Of a DNA stretch of 64,000 bases, positions 9,601 to 17,041 are shown piece after piece (position 1 is the stretch's first letter; each line of letters starts with the position of its first letter). The stretch is from contig OZ242222.1 in assembly GCA_965206765.1 (NCBI GenBank), forward strand, positions 193,662-257,661, given 5' to 3'. Under the pieces are notes generated by a model. That model saw nothing but the letters and a program-made list of their open reading frames with translations, ran no database searches and had not been told where the DNA came from. This DNA is from Candidatus Multivorans sp. (GTDB taxonomy: Bacteria > Acidobacteriota > Thermoanaerobaculia > Multivoradales > Multivoraceae). The position numbers and the translations under genes are program-made.

Positions 9601-10476
9601 CGGGCGCAGGCCGGCGCCCACCTGAACAACGTCCTCCAGGATCTGGTTGCCGACCTCCGCGCCAGACGCGAGGCCGAGTCGCCGGACCTCCGGCGGCGCG
9701 TTGCCGTGGGCTTCGATCTGCGCGCGGCCGAGTTGGCCTCTCGGCGCGGGAAGCTCGCGCGGAAGAGGGTCGGCCCAGGCGAGGCCGACGGCGATGAACT
9801 CAAGGCAGTGAAGCACGAGCAGAGGCGACTGTCCTGCGACCGCGAACTCGCACTGCGGCGGATCGATGAGGAGGCACGGGGCATCGTTCCCGGCGGCTCC
9901 CGGTTCCTGCTTCACGCGCTTGTCGTTCGCCCGGAGGATGTGGCCGGGCTGGAGACCATCGAGCGGTTCGACGAGGCCGTGGAGGAGATCGCAGTCCGCA
10001 TCGCCGCCGATTGGGAGCGTCAACACGGCGCCCAGGTCCAGGACGTGTCAAAGCCTGTGCTCGCCCGCGCGGCGGGTCTGCCCGACTGGCCCGGCTTCGA
10101 CCTTCTGGCGACGCTGCCGGGCGGCGGCCAGCGCTGCATCGAAGTGAAGGGCCGCTCGGCCCGCTCCGCGGTTCCGGTCGAGAACAACGAATGGGCCCAG
10201 GCATGCAAGCTGGGCGACCGGTACTGGCTCTACGCCGTCCTCGACTGCGCCACGCCGGCGCCCGAACTGCTCCGGGTCCGGAACCCGTTCGAGAAGCTGC
10301 TGGCGCACCAGCGGGTCAAGACCGTGTTCGATGTGCCGGTGGGATCGTTGATCGAAGCTGCGGAGGCCGAAGAACCGAAGCTGGAACCCGCGCGGCGCGA
10401 CTCCGCGCCGGGCGCGAACCAGTCCGAGCGTCCGTCAGCGGGCGCACGGATGGCAGGTCGGGGGGGACCAACATGA
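6664..10476 (+). CDS. XRE-family HTH fused to an SNF2/DEXH-box helicase with a C-terminal DUF3883 (restriction-endonuclease-like) domain. This is the helicase component of the DUF499/DUF1156 restriction-modification-like module.
   Basis: HTH: LGLTQEQFGDRLGVSTITVHRWESG. Motif I: DDAGAGKT. Motif II: FDEAHKL. HelicC: GEGINLQ...RIHRYGQ. DUF3883: CIEVKGRSA...NNEWAQA...YWLYAV. TTG start at 6664, with an alternative ATG at 6703. Confidence 0.85.
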   Translation: MWLSRNAVLACVAMAAFTSADGSPVDVGAEVRRLRSQLGLTQEQFGDRLGVSTITVHRWESGQSQPRRLAVEKLAQLSEQAAAESTPRPMRGLRLSIAAADGAPLDFAGDPEAVLAVADALRLSFGHQFNPAFAIETSRIDPLLHQRFAVYERMLKQDPLRFLLADDAGAGKTIMTGLYVREMLSRGRLKRVLIVPPAGLVGNWRRELQTLFRLDFRIVTGADVRGSNPFRGAGSDRVIVSVDTLAGETMFEALRQAGGPAYDLVVFDEAHKLSVRERGVRVERTLRYKLAEALAVRADSGSSFGGLGWTARHLLLLTATPHMGKSVPYAWLWRLLDADAFGAVEAVRRAPQLTRDRHFLRRTKEEMVGLDGEPLYPQRKCSTFTYELSGGDCGEQDLYDRTTQYLDEHYGRALDNQPALELAKTVFQRRLASSTWALLRSFERRIEKLAQTADAIESGELTAELLQRRQALLGNRYRHDYFDDTAADEDVASDGFAEGNEAYEDAVLGAVTVVGVEELRREARQVETLAERARRLVDSGRETKFERLQEVLERPEHQNEKWLIFSEHRDTVDYLVRRLEGLGYRGQTAQIHGGMDWKERDRQVEAFRRPNGARYMVATDAAGEGINLQFCRLMVNYDIPWNPARLEQRMGRIHRYGQQFEVRIVNLVAGSTREGRVLQVLLEKLEEIRAELASDKVFDVIGRLFEGESLTGFMANAVTAEGERLAVDRIEEALGTSRVKRIRARDAEVYGVPKQKVTGEDLRPDVERERYLQLLPAHVRRLVERGARLLDVEIRGDLDDRFALEPGRPGALDPLLLALEAYPPEARDWLTVRRPREDDTGIWLHPGEPLFDALCTHIRSRYGRDAQRGAIFVDPRAGEPYLLHLAELRVERKDVPGNAVASVPGNAGVSPASGPEGSPQTGSAVLPVADRRVLERRLVALQQREGAQPVQCPVEQLLSLSGTGLAPGMAPLAPRAPVLRAQAGAHLNNVLQDLVADLRARREAESPDLRRRVAVGFDLRAAELASRRGKLARKRVGPGEADGDELKAVKHEQRRLSCDRELALRRIDEEARGIVPGGSRFLLHALVVRPEDVAGLETIERFDEAVEEIAVRIAADWERQHGAQVQDVSKPVLARAAGLPDWPGFDLLATLPGGGQRCIEVKGRSARSAVPVENNEWAQACKLGDRYWLYAVLDCATPAPELLRVRNPFEKLLAHQRVKTVFDVPVGSLIEAAEAEEPKLEPARRDSAPGANQSERPSAGARMAGRGGPT

Positions 10477-11021
10477 TGATGAGAAAGGAACAACGAAAGA
10501 TGGGACTCACCCACGTTCAAGTGACTATCCGAAACCCCGCCGACGCCGAGCGAAGCTGGGCAGGCGCCTTCCTGGTCGACACCGGCGCCATCGACTCCCT
10601 CGTGCCGAGAGAGCGACTGGAGCAGATCGGTTTGAAGCCGAAGGGGCGGCGGGTCTACGGATTTGCGGATGGAAGAGAAGCTGCGATGGACATCACGGTT
10701 GCGGAGTTGGAGTTCATGGGGGAGGTCATCGGCAGCACGGTCGTCTTCGGAAGAGAGGGCTCTGAACCTCTCCTGGGCGTTACGGCGCTGGAGTCGATGG
10801 GCATCGAGATCGATCCTGTGAGTCAACGACTGAGGAAGCTGCCTTCGATTCACTTGAAGACGACAGCAGACTCCGAACGGCCCTTGCGGGTGACCTCCGA
10901 GCAAGAGCCGGAAGGCGCGCGTTCCGCCACGGGCCATCCGATGCCCACCGACCTGATGAGGCCGCCCGAGGAGGCCTCGGCCCGGCCGCGTTCGGCAGGA
11001 CCTCTGAGGGGGACTGCATGA
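10473..11021 (+). CDS. Retropepsin-like (clan AA) aspartyl protease. Its start ATG overlaps the helicase stop (ATGA).
   Basis: FLVDTGAIDSLVP carries the catalytic D-T-G. The overall pattern is that of the bacterial PF13650/PF13975-like aspartyl protease family. The tool ORF at 10011 has a 154-aa N-terminal extension that lies inside the helicase gene. Confidence 0.7.
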   Translation: MMMRKEQRKMGLTHVQVTIRNPADAERSWAGAFLVDTGAIDSLVPRERLEQIGLKPKGRRVYGFADGREAAMDITVAELEFMGEVIGSTVVFGREGSEPLLGVTALESMGIEIDPVSQRLRKLPSIHLKTTADSERPLRVTSEQEPEGARSATGHPMPTDLMRPPEEASARPRSAGPLRGTA

Positions 11022-12124
11022 CTGCCTTCGAAGTTGCTGTCGTGCTGCTCGACTCGGTCGAGGAGCACCCCAACGCCGACCGTTTGGAGTTGGCCCGCGT
11101 CGGCGGCTACCGCAGTGTCGTTCCCAAGGGGAAGTACCGGGCCGGTGAGCGGGTCGCCTACATCCCGGAGAACGCGATCGTTCCGGAGGATTTGCTGAGA
11201 AGCATGGGACTTTGGGATGGCGATGCCGGCAAGGGCCGGCTCGGCGGCAAGAAGGGCGACCGGGTCCGGCCGGTCAGGCTGCGGGGCGAGATCTCCCAGG
11301 GTCTGGTATTCAAGCCGGCGGACGATGCAGCGGTCGGCGACGATCTGGCCGCCGCCTACGGCATCACGAAGTACGAGCCGAAGCTCCCCACAACGATGTC
11401 CGGCCAGGTCGCCCACGTCGGCGGCTTCCTCGTTTCCTATGACATCGAGAACATCAAGAAGTACCCGGACGTGTTCGTGCCCGGTGAGATGGTCGTGGTG
11501 ACCGAGAAACTTCACGGGACATACGCGTGCTTCAGCTACATCCCGCCGCCGGACGGCGCCTCGCTCCCCGACGATCTGCCCAACGGCGCCGTGTTGGTGT
11601 CGTCGAAGGGACTCGGCGCGAAGGGCCTGGCGTTCAAGGACGTGGAGGACAACAAGAACAACCTCTACCTGCGAACGTGGAGGGAGCAGTTGCGAGACAC
11701 CGGCGTCTGGCGCCGCGTGGAGGACTCCGCTCAGGGTCCCGTCCACATCATGGCCGAGATCTTCGGTCGCGGCGTGCAGGACCTGCACTACGGGTTGGCG
11801 CGTCCGTCGCTGAGAGTCTTCGACGTGTTCCTGGGGCCGCCCGCCACCGGTTCGTTCCTTGGCTACGACGCGCTCTGCCGGACGACCGACGCCTGGGGCA
11901 TGGACCGGGTGCCGGAACTCGCCGTTGCTCCGTTCAGCGAAGATCTGATCGAAGAGCACCGCGACGGACCCGACACCGTGTCCGGCAACCACATGCGGGA
12001 AGGCATCGTCATCACGCCCAGGCAGGAGCGGCAGGACCGGCGGCTGCACCGGGACAGGGTGAAGCTGAAGGCAGTCAGCCCCGACTACCTGTTCCGCCGG
12101 GGGAAGAGGACGGAGTACGAATAG
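11018..12124 (+). CDS. ATP-dependent RNA ligase (Rnl2/DRB0094-like nucleotidyltransferase) with an N-terminal tRNA-binding OB domain. ATGA overlap with the protease stop.
   Basis: tRNA_bind-like HPNADRL...G. Ligase motif I: EKLHGT (KxHG, as in T4 Rnl2 KIHGT). Further motifs: EIFG, REGIVI, KLK. Confidence 0.65.
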   Translation: MTAFEVAVVLLDSVEEHPNADRLELARVGGYRSVVPKGKYRAGERVAYIPENAIVPEDLLRSMGLWDGDAGKGRLGGKKGDRVRPVRLRGEISQGLVFKPADDAAVGDDLAAAYGITKYEPKLPTTMSGQVAHVGGFLVSYDIENIKKYPDVFVPGEMVVVTEKLHGTYACFSYIPPPDGASLPDDLPNGAVLVSSKGLGAKGLAFKDVEDNKNNLYLRTWREQLRDTGVWRRVEDSAQGPVHIMAEIFGRGVQDLHYGLARPSLRVFDVFLGPPATGSFLGYDALCRTTDAWGMDRVPELAVAPFSEDLIEEHRDGPDTVSGNHMREGIVITPRQERQDRRLHRDRVKLKAVSPDYLFRRGKRTEYE

Positions 12125-12244
12125 CATGCTCGTCTTGCCGGGATCGCGGGATGAAGTAGGGAGAGTGCGTTTGAATGTTCGTGGGCGCATTCGCATCCTG
12201 TATTCCGTATCGCTCTGCCAGACTGGATTGAGGAGAGGTGCGTA

Positions 12245-13480
12245 GTGCGTTGGACGTTGCAACGACCTGAAATCGGAAACGAGGATGGTTTCGAGAAGAC
12301 GGATCTCTTCGGTTACGCGAATCTCGGAGCAAGGCTGGCGAACGTGATCGCCGGTTTGGAGGACGATCCCATTGTCGTTCTGGATGGCGGCTGGGGCAGC
12401 GGCAAGACGACCTTCGCCCTTCAGTGGGCGGGTCTCCTGAGGCGGCGAGGTACAGCGGTCCTCTACTTCGATGCGTTCGCCTGCGACCATGAGGAGGATG
12501 CACTCCTAGCCTTCGCCGAGGAGGTCTACTGCTTCGCCGAGAAGGAAGGCGTGGCCAAGGAGCATCTCGGCAACTTTGCGGCCAAGGGAGCGAAAGCGAT
12601 CAAGGCGGCCTCACTTGCTGCGTTCAAGTCGCTCGGCGGGAACGTTCTGGGGGTCGACATCACCGCCGCCGCGACGGAGATCGCAGGAGTGCTGACGGAG
12701 GAGTCCCGGCTGGAGGCTTGGATCAGCGGAGTCGCGGCTCGCAGGCACGCAGTGGAGGACTTTCGGGCCGAACTCCAGCGGCTTGCCGGCGCGGTGGCGG
12801 AGAAGGCTCGCGAACGAGTCGAGGAGAAGAGTGCCGAGACGGCTGCCGAAAGTGAGCGCCCGCAGGCGGCAGGGCGGCTGGTCATCGTTGTGGATGAGCT
12901 GGACCGCTGCAGGCCAGCTTTCGCGCTGAGCGTACTGGAACGCGTCAAGCATGTGTTCGGCGTTCCGGGAGTGACATTCGTGCTCGTGGCAAACCTGGAC
13001 GAGCTTGGGAAGTCGGTCCGGTTTGCCTACGGCGAGGTGGACGCAGAGAAGTACCTGGAGAAGTTCTACGACCTTGTCGTGCGGCTTCCGGATGCTCGGA
13101 GGGCTGGCAGCGGCGTACCGAAGACGCGGATCTACGCTGCGTATCTCGAAGAGAGGCTGTTGTCGGGGTTCTCGAATCTCGAGATACACATGCGGGCCCT
13201 CACAAGACTCGCCGAGAAGGAGCGGATGTCTTTACGGACTATGGAGCATGTGGTTCGCAATGTCGCCGTTCTGGCGCTTGGAGAACACGGCGGTTGGGAC
13301 AGTTGGAATGCGCTGTCCGTCCCGGTGCTTGTCAGCGTCATTCGTCTCGTCTATCCGGAACTTTTCGCTCAGATAAGAGAGGGGCAGCCTGATGGCTTGG
13401 AAGAAGGGGATTGGGAGAAAGTGACGGAGTTGGCGGAAGAGATTCTGTTTGGCGCGAACCAGGACAGGACACTAGTGTAG
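12245..13480 (+). CDS. KAP-family P-loop NTPase. The native C-terminus of about 29 aa was replaced by IS630 insertion; its last 3 codons are IS-derived.
   Basis: Walker A: LDGGWGSGKTTF. KAP-type Walker B: VIVVDELDRCRP. GTG start at 12245 preceded by GAGGAGAGG. The ORF runs into the IS630 left inverted repeat. Confidence 0.8.
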   Translation: MRWTLQRPEIGNEDGFEKTDLFGYANLGARLANVIAGLEDDPIVVLDGGWGSGKTTFALQWAGLLRRRGTAVLYFDAFACDHEEDALLAFAEEVYCFAEKEGVAKEHLGNFAAKGAKAIKAASLAAFKSLGGNVLGVDITAAATEIAGVLTEESRLEAWISGVAARRHAVEDFRAELQRLAGAVAEKARERVEEKSAETAAESERPQAAGRLVIVVDELDRCRPAFALSVLERVKHVFGVPGVTFVLVANLDELGKSVRFAYGEVDAEKYLEKFYDLVVRLPDARRAGSGVPKTRIYAAYLEERLLSGFSNLEIHMRALTRLAEKERMSLRTMEHVVRNVAVLALGEHGGWDSWNALSVPVLVSVIRLVYPELFAQIREGQPDGLEEGDWEKVTELAEEILFGANQDRTLV

Positions 13481-14611
13481 TGTCTCCGACTTGGGTTGAC
13501 AGTTTCGGTTAAGTTCGTCAGTATTCCGTTCATGTGGGAACCAGCGGAACGAATTGACATCGAAGAGAGCGATCGAGCGCTTCTCAAGAAATGGGTAGAG
13601 GCGCCGACGACCACGCAACGCACGGTCCGGCGTAGCCGGATCGTGCTCGCTGCGGCGGAGGGCATGGCCAATCGGGCGATCGCGGCGAAACTCGGAGTTT
13701 CGCGGCCGACGGTGCTGCTGTGGCGTCGTCGGTTCGCGGAGGACGGACCTTCGGGGCTGACCAGGGATCGTCCCCGCGGTTGCGGAAAGCCGCCGCTCTC
13801 GGAGTCGGTCGTGCGTAAAGTGATCGAAGCGACGCTGCACGAGAAGCCGCCCGGTCAGACCCACTGGAGCGTGCGTTCGATGGCTCGGGCCCAGGGCATC
13901 AGTCCGGCGGCGGTCCAGCGCATCTGGGCGGCGCACGGGCTGAAGCCCCATCTGGTCAAGACGTTCAAGCTGAGCAACGACCCCAGGTTCGTGGAAAAGC
14001 TGCGGGACGTTGTGGGCCTGTACCGGAATCCGCCCGAGAACGCGCTTGTGCTGTGCGTGGACGAGAAGAGCCAGATCCAGGCTCTGGACCGGACCCAGCC
14101 GGGCTTGCCGCTCAAGCGCGGCCGCGCGGGAACGATGACCCACGACTACAAGCGCAACGGGACGACGACGTTGTTCGCTGCGCTGAACGTGTTGGAGGGC
14201 ACGGTGATCGCGGAGTGCATGGGCCGGCAGCGCCATCAGGAGTTTCTCCGTTTCCTCAAGCGTCTCGACCGCGAGATCCCGAACCATCTCGACCTGCACC
14301 TGATCCTGGACAACTACCAGACCCACAAACACGCCGCCGTGCGCGCATGGCTGGAGCGAAAGCCTCGCTTCCACTTCCATTTCATTCCCACTTCGTCGCC
14401 CTGGCTTAACCTGGTCGAACGCTGGCTGGGCGGTCTGACCACGAAGGCGATCCGGCGCGGTGCATTCCAGAGCGTCAACGACCTCGTAAAGACCATCTAC
14501 GACTACGTGGAGAACAGCAACCAAAACTCCCGTCCCTTCGTCTGGACGGCCACCGCCGACAGCATCATCGCAAAGGTTACACGTGGTAAAGCCATGTTGG
14601 AGACAGTACAC
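13475..14611 (+). mobile_element. IS630-family insertion sequence (about 1.14 kb) with imperfect terminal inverted repeats and TA target-site duplication.
   Basis: Left end GTGTAGTGTCTC (13475-13486) and right end GAGACAGTACAC (14600-14611) match 11/12 as inverted repeats. Flanking TA at 13473-13474 and 14612-13. Confidence 0.75.
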
Positions 14612-14614
14612 TAG
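13496..14614 (+). CDS. IS630-family DDE transposase.
   Basis: HTH N-terminus, then LCVDEKSQIQAL...DNYQTHKH...FHFIPTSSPWLNLVERWL. Possible alternative start at 13532. Confidence 0.85.
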   Translation: MTVSVKFVSIPFMWEPAERIDIEESDRALLKKWVEAPTTTQRTVRRSRIVLAAAEGMANRAIAAKLGVSRPTVLLWRRRFAEDGPSGLTRDRPRGCGKPPLSESVVRKVIEATLHEKPPGQTHWSVRSMARAQGISPAAVQRIWAAHGLKPHLVKTFKLSNDPRFVEKLRDVVGLYRNPPENALVLCVDEKSQIQALDRTQPGLPLKRGRAGTMTHDYKRNGTTTLFAALNVLEGTVIAECMGRQRHQEFLRFLKRLDREIPNHLDLHLILDNYQTHKHAAVRAWLERKPRFHFHFIPTSSPWLNLVERWLGGLTTKAIRRGAFQSVNDLVKTIYDYVENSNQNSRPFVWTATADSIIAKVTRGKAMLETVH

Positions 14615-14700
14615 CGAACGAGATACTGGACAAATCGAAGTTGTCGCCCCGCAGCGGGCTGTCCGAGGCCGCACGGAAGCTCGATGCCTTTGATGTATAG
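14615..14700 (+). other. Displaced original 3' end of the KAP NTPase gene. In-frame continuation ...ANEILDKSKLSPRSGLSEAARKLDAFDV* once the IS630 and one TA are removed.
   Basis: Joining 13474 to 14614 restores an open frame that runs to the TAG at 14698-14700. Confidence 0.5.
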
Positions 14701-14716
14701 GGCGATGTGCAGAAAC

Positions 14717-15992
14717 CAGTGCTGTCCCACAAACAGAGACGAGTATGGGTCTGGACCGAGCCTTGTCGTATGATTGGTTTTCACAACAAAGCCAATGACG
14801 GCAAGGAGATCCAGACCCATGGCGCACAATGGTACCGTACTCGGGCAGTTCCTCAAGTTGGTGTCGAGACATGAGTTCGAGCGGGAGGCCGGGCGGCACC
14901 ACAGGGGACGCAAGCTGCGTTCGATGAGCCGGTGGAGCCAGTTCGTGGCGATGGCGACGGCGCAACTCTCTGGACGATGCAGCCTTCGCGACATCGTGTC
15001 GAATCTCGATGCGCAGGCTGCGAAGCTCTATCACCTCGGCGTTCGGCGGGTGGCCCGGTCGTCGCTGGCGCGCGTCAACGAGAGGCAGCCCCACGAGCTG
15101 TACGAGGCGTTGTTCGGTCGTTTGCTGGCGCGATGCCGTACGACGGCGCCGGGGCACGGGTTCCGGTTCCACAACAAGCTGTTCTCGCTGGATGCGACGT
15201 ACGTGGACCTGTGCCTGGAGCTGTTTCCGTGGGCGCAGTACCGCACGACGAAGGGGGCGCTGAAGCTCCACGTGGGGCTTGACCACGAGGGCTTTCTGCC
15301 GGCGTTCCTGCAAGTCACGGACGGCAAGGGGTCGGACGTTGAGGTGGCGCGGTCCCTTCGTCTGCCGAAGGGAAGCATCGTCGCTGCGGACCGGCTGTAC
15401 CTCGACTTCGAGTGGCTGAAATCCCTTGATGCACAAGGGGTTTTCCTGGTCACTCGGCTGAAGCGCAAGATCAAGTACGCGGTTCGAGAGCGGCGGTCGT
15501 TCGCGCCTGGGACGGGCGTGACCTCGGACCAGATCATCGAGTTGACCAGCGTCAGAGGCCGCTCCCGGTGCCCGATTCCGCTGCGTCGAGTCGGCTATCG
15601 CGACCCCGACACGAAGAAGTTCTACGCCTTCCTCACCAACAACTTCAGGCTCGCTCCGAAGACCATCGCGGCCATCTACAAGCAGCGTTGGCAGATCGAG
15701 ACCTTCTTCAAGTGGATCAAGCAGAACCTGCGCATCAAGAGCTTCGTCGGCACTTCGCGCAATGCCGTCATGACGCAGATCTGGATCGCCATGTGCGTGC
15801 ATCTCCTGCTCGCCTATCTGAAGTTCGCCAACAAGATGTCCTGGACCATGAGCGAAATCCTCCGCCTCCTGCAACTCAACCTGTTCGCGCGAAGACCGCT
15901 CCTGGACCTGTTCGAACCCCGGAGCGGACCGCCTGATCCCAGAAACGCACAGACTCAACTCGCACTGCGCTGAAGTTTGTGGGACAGCACTG
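14717..15992 (+). mobile_element. IS4-family insertion sequence (about 1.28 kb) with 17-18 bp perfect terminal inverted repeats and an intact 9-10 bp target-site duplication (G)TGCAGAAAC.
   Basis: Left IR CAGTGCTGTCCCACAAAC (14717-14734). Right IR GTTTGTGGGACAGCACTG (15975-15992). Direct repeats TGCAGAAAC at 14708-14716 and 15993-16001. Confidence 0.8.
14774..15973 (+). CDS. IS4-family DDE transposase.
   Basis: LFSLDATYVDLCLELFPWA...YKQRWQIETFFKWIKQNLRIKSF is the characteristic IS4 C-terminal motif. Confidence 0.85.
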   Translation: MVFTTKPMTARRSRPMAHNGTVLGQFLKLVSRHEFEREAGRHHRGRKLRSMSRWSQFVAMATAQLSGRCSLRDIVSNLDAQAAKLYHLGVRRVARSSLARVNERQPHELYEALFGRLLARCRTTAPGHGFRFHNKLFSLDATYVDLCLELFPWAQYRTTKGALKLHVGLDHEGFLPAFLQVTDGKGSDVEVARSLRLPKGSIVAADRLYLDFEWLKSLDAQGVFLVTRLKRKIKYAVRERRSFAPGTGVTSDQIIELTSVRGRSRCPIPLRRVGYRDPDTKKFYAFLTNNFRLAPKTIAAIYKQRWQIETFFKWIKQNLRIKSFVGTSRNAVMTQIWIAMCVHLLLAYLKFANKMSWTMSEILRLLQLNLFARRPLLDLFEPRSGPPDPRNAQTQLALR

Positions 15993-16020
15993 TGCAGAAA
16001 CACACTAGAGGGAGAGCGAT

Positions 16021-16338
16021 ATGACGGCCGCTGAACCAGGGAAGCAGCAAGTACCGGCACGACTTGAACACGAGATCAGGAAGAGCCGTGTCCGCGTCTA
16101 TGTGACGTACATCATGACCTGGACGTATGCCGTCTCTGCGACTTTCGTGGTGGTCTGGCTTCTCGTCGTTCTCAAGCAGCCCGAGCTGGCTCTGGGCGTC
16201 TTCTCCGGGCTCGCCTCGACCACGGCGGCGATCACAGCCTTCTGGTTCGGTTCACGAGGTTCTGCGGCGGAATCGAAGGTAACGGGTCGGGAGCGTGTGT
16301 CGGCGCCGCGAACCGGTTCGCAGGGCGAAGACCTTTGA
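16021..16338 (+). CDS. Hypothetical small membrane protein (2 predicted TM helices).
   Basis: ORF with hydrophobic stretches YVTYIMTWTYAVSATFVVVWLLVVL and ASTTAAITAFWF. No recognised family. Confidence 0.3.
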   Translation: MTAAEPGKQQVPARLEHEIRKSRVRVYVTYIMTWTYAVSATFVVVWLLVVLKQPELALGVFSGLASTTAAITAFWFGSRGSAAESKVTGRERVSAPRTGSQGEDL

Positions 16339-16562
16339 AGGTATCGAACGACGCCATGAGGAGTTGACGGTGCGCTTGAGTCCGAGAGAGCCTCATGTTG
16401 GCGAGATGGATGGCTTCGCCAAGACGGATGGAGCTTGCTGCGTGCAGCCAGTTCCTGGCAGCCTTCAATGTCTGAACGGCTGGCCGGCGCTGGGCATCGG
16501 CGGTGAGCCCGCGCTTGTGGGGCGAGACCCAGGGCGGGCTGCGAGAGGATGGGAGGAGACCC

Positions 16563-17030
16563 TCAACCAACGGTAGCGCGGGCGCTGCTCGATTCCGGCG
16601 CTGCTCGATCCCCGACGACCAGGCGGCGACCGAGGGTGCGGAGAACAGTCGCGATGTAGTCGAGCCGTGAGGGCCGGTCAAGGTCGAGAAGCCGACGGAC
16701 CTTGGCCTCGCGAACACCCAGAGACCGGGCGAGCGAGCGGGCCGAGACGCCTTTGCGGCGCATTGCGGTGTAGAGAGCCAGTTGCGCCGCCGTCCGTGGG
16801 GGCACGGTGATCAGGTGATGTTCTGCAGAGGCGGGACTTGGGCGAGGGATGTCCTCCTCAGCGTCGACGTACATGCTGAGGGCAACGAGGAGGGCGTCCT
16901 CGGCGAGCGACAGGGATTCCTCCCGCGTAACGCCCGCGGTGAGCGCCTCGGGCAGGTCCGGGAAAGTGACGAGGTAGCACGAGGCGTCGCCGTTGTCGTG
17001 TGTGAGCAGGCAGGGATAGGCGTAGTCCAT
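16563..17030 (-). CDS. hicB: HicB-family antitoxin (RNase-H-like N-terminal domain plus C-terminal DNA-binding region).
   Basis: CYLVTFPDLPEALTAGVTREESLSLAEDALLVAL matches the HicB/UPF0150 N-terminal signature. Lies directly downstream of the hicA-like ORF. Confidence 0.6.
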   Translation of the reverse strand: MDYAYPCLLTHDNGDASCYLVTFPDLPEALTAGVTREESLSLAEDALLVALSMYVDAEEDIPRPSPASAEHHLITVPPRTAAQLALYTAMRRKGVSARSLARSLGVREAKVRRLLDLDRPSRLDYIATVLRTLGRRLVVGDRAAPESSSARATVG

Positions 17031-17041
17031 GCGTCGGGTCC

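Noticed and set aside
10011-10472. 154-aa N-terminal extension of the protease ORF in the supplied track.
   Set aside because: It lies entirely within the 3' end of the helicase gene in another frame and is Arg/Gly-rich. The real start is the ATGATGATG at 10473 overlapping the helicase stop.
12125-12244. Possible sigma-70-like promoter (TTGAAT, 17 bp, CATCCT) and a GAATG...CATTC dyad upstream of the KAP NTPase gene.
   Set aside because: The -10 element matches consensus at only 3/6 positions and the host's promoter consensus is unknown. Kept as a note only, not called as a feature.
10850-12490. 546-aa minus-strand ORF covering the RNA ligase gene.
   Set aside because: Antisense artefact. 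The sense strand carries clear ligase and tRNA-binding motifs and start/stop coupling.
13472-16060. 862-aa minus-strand ORF spanning both IS elements.
   Set aside because: It crosses two independent mobile elements and their junctions, has no domain signatures, and is antisense to two clear transposase genes.
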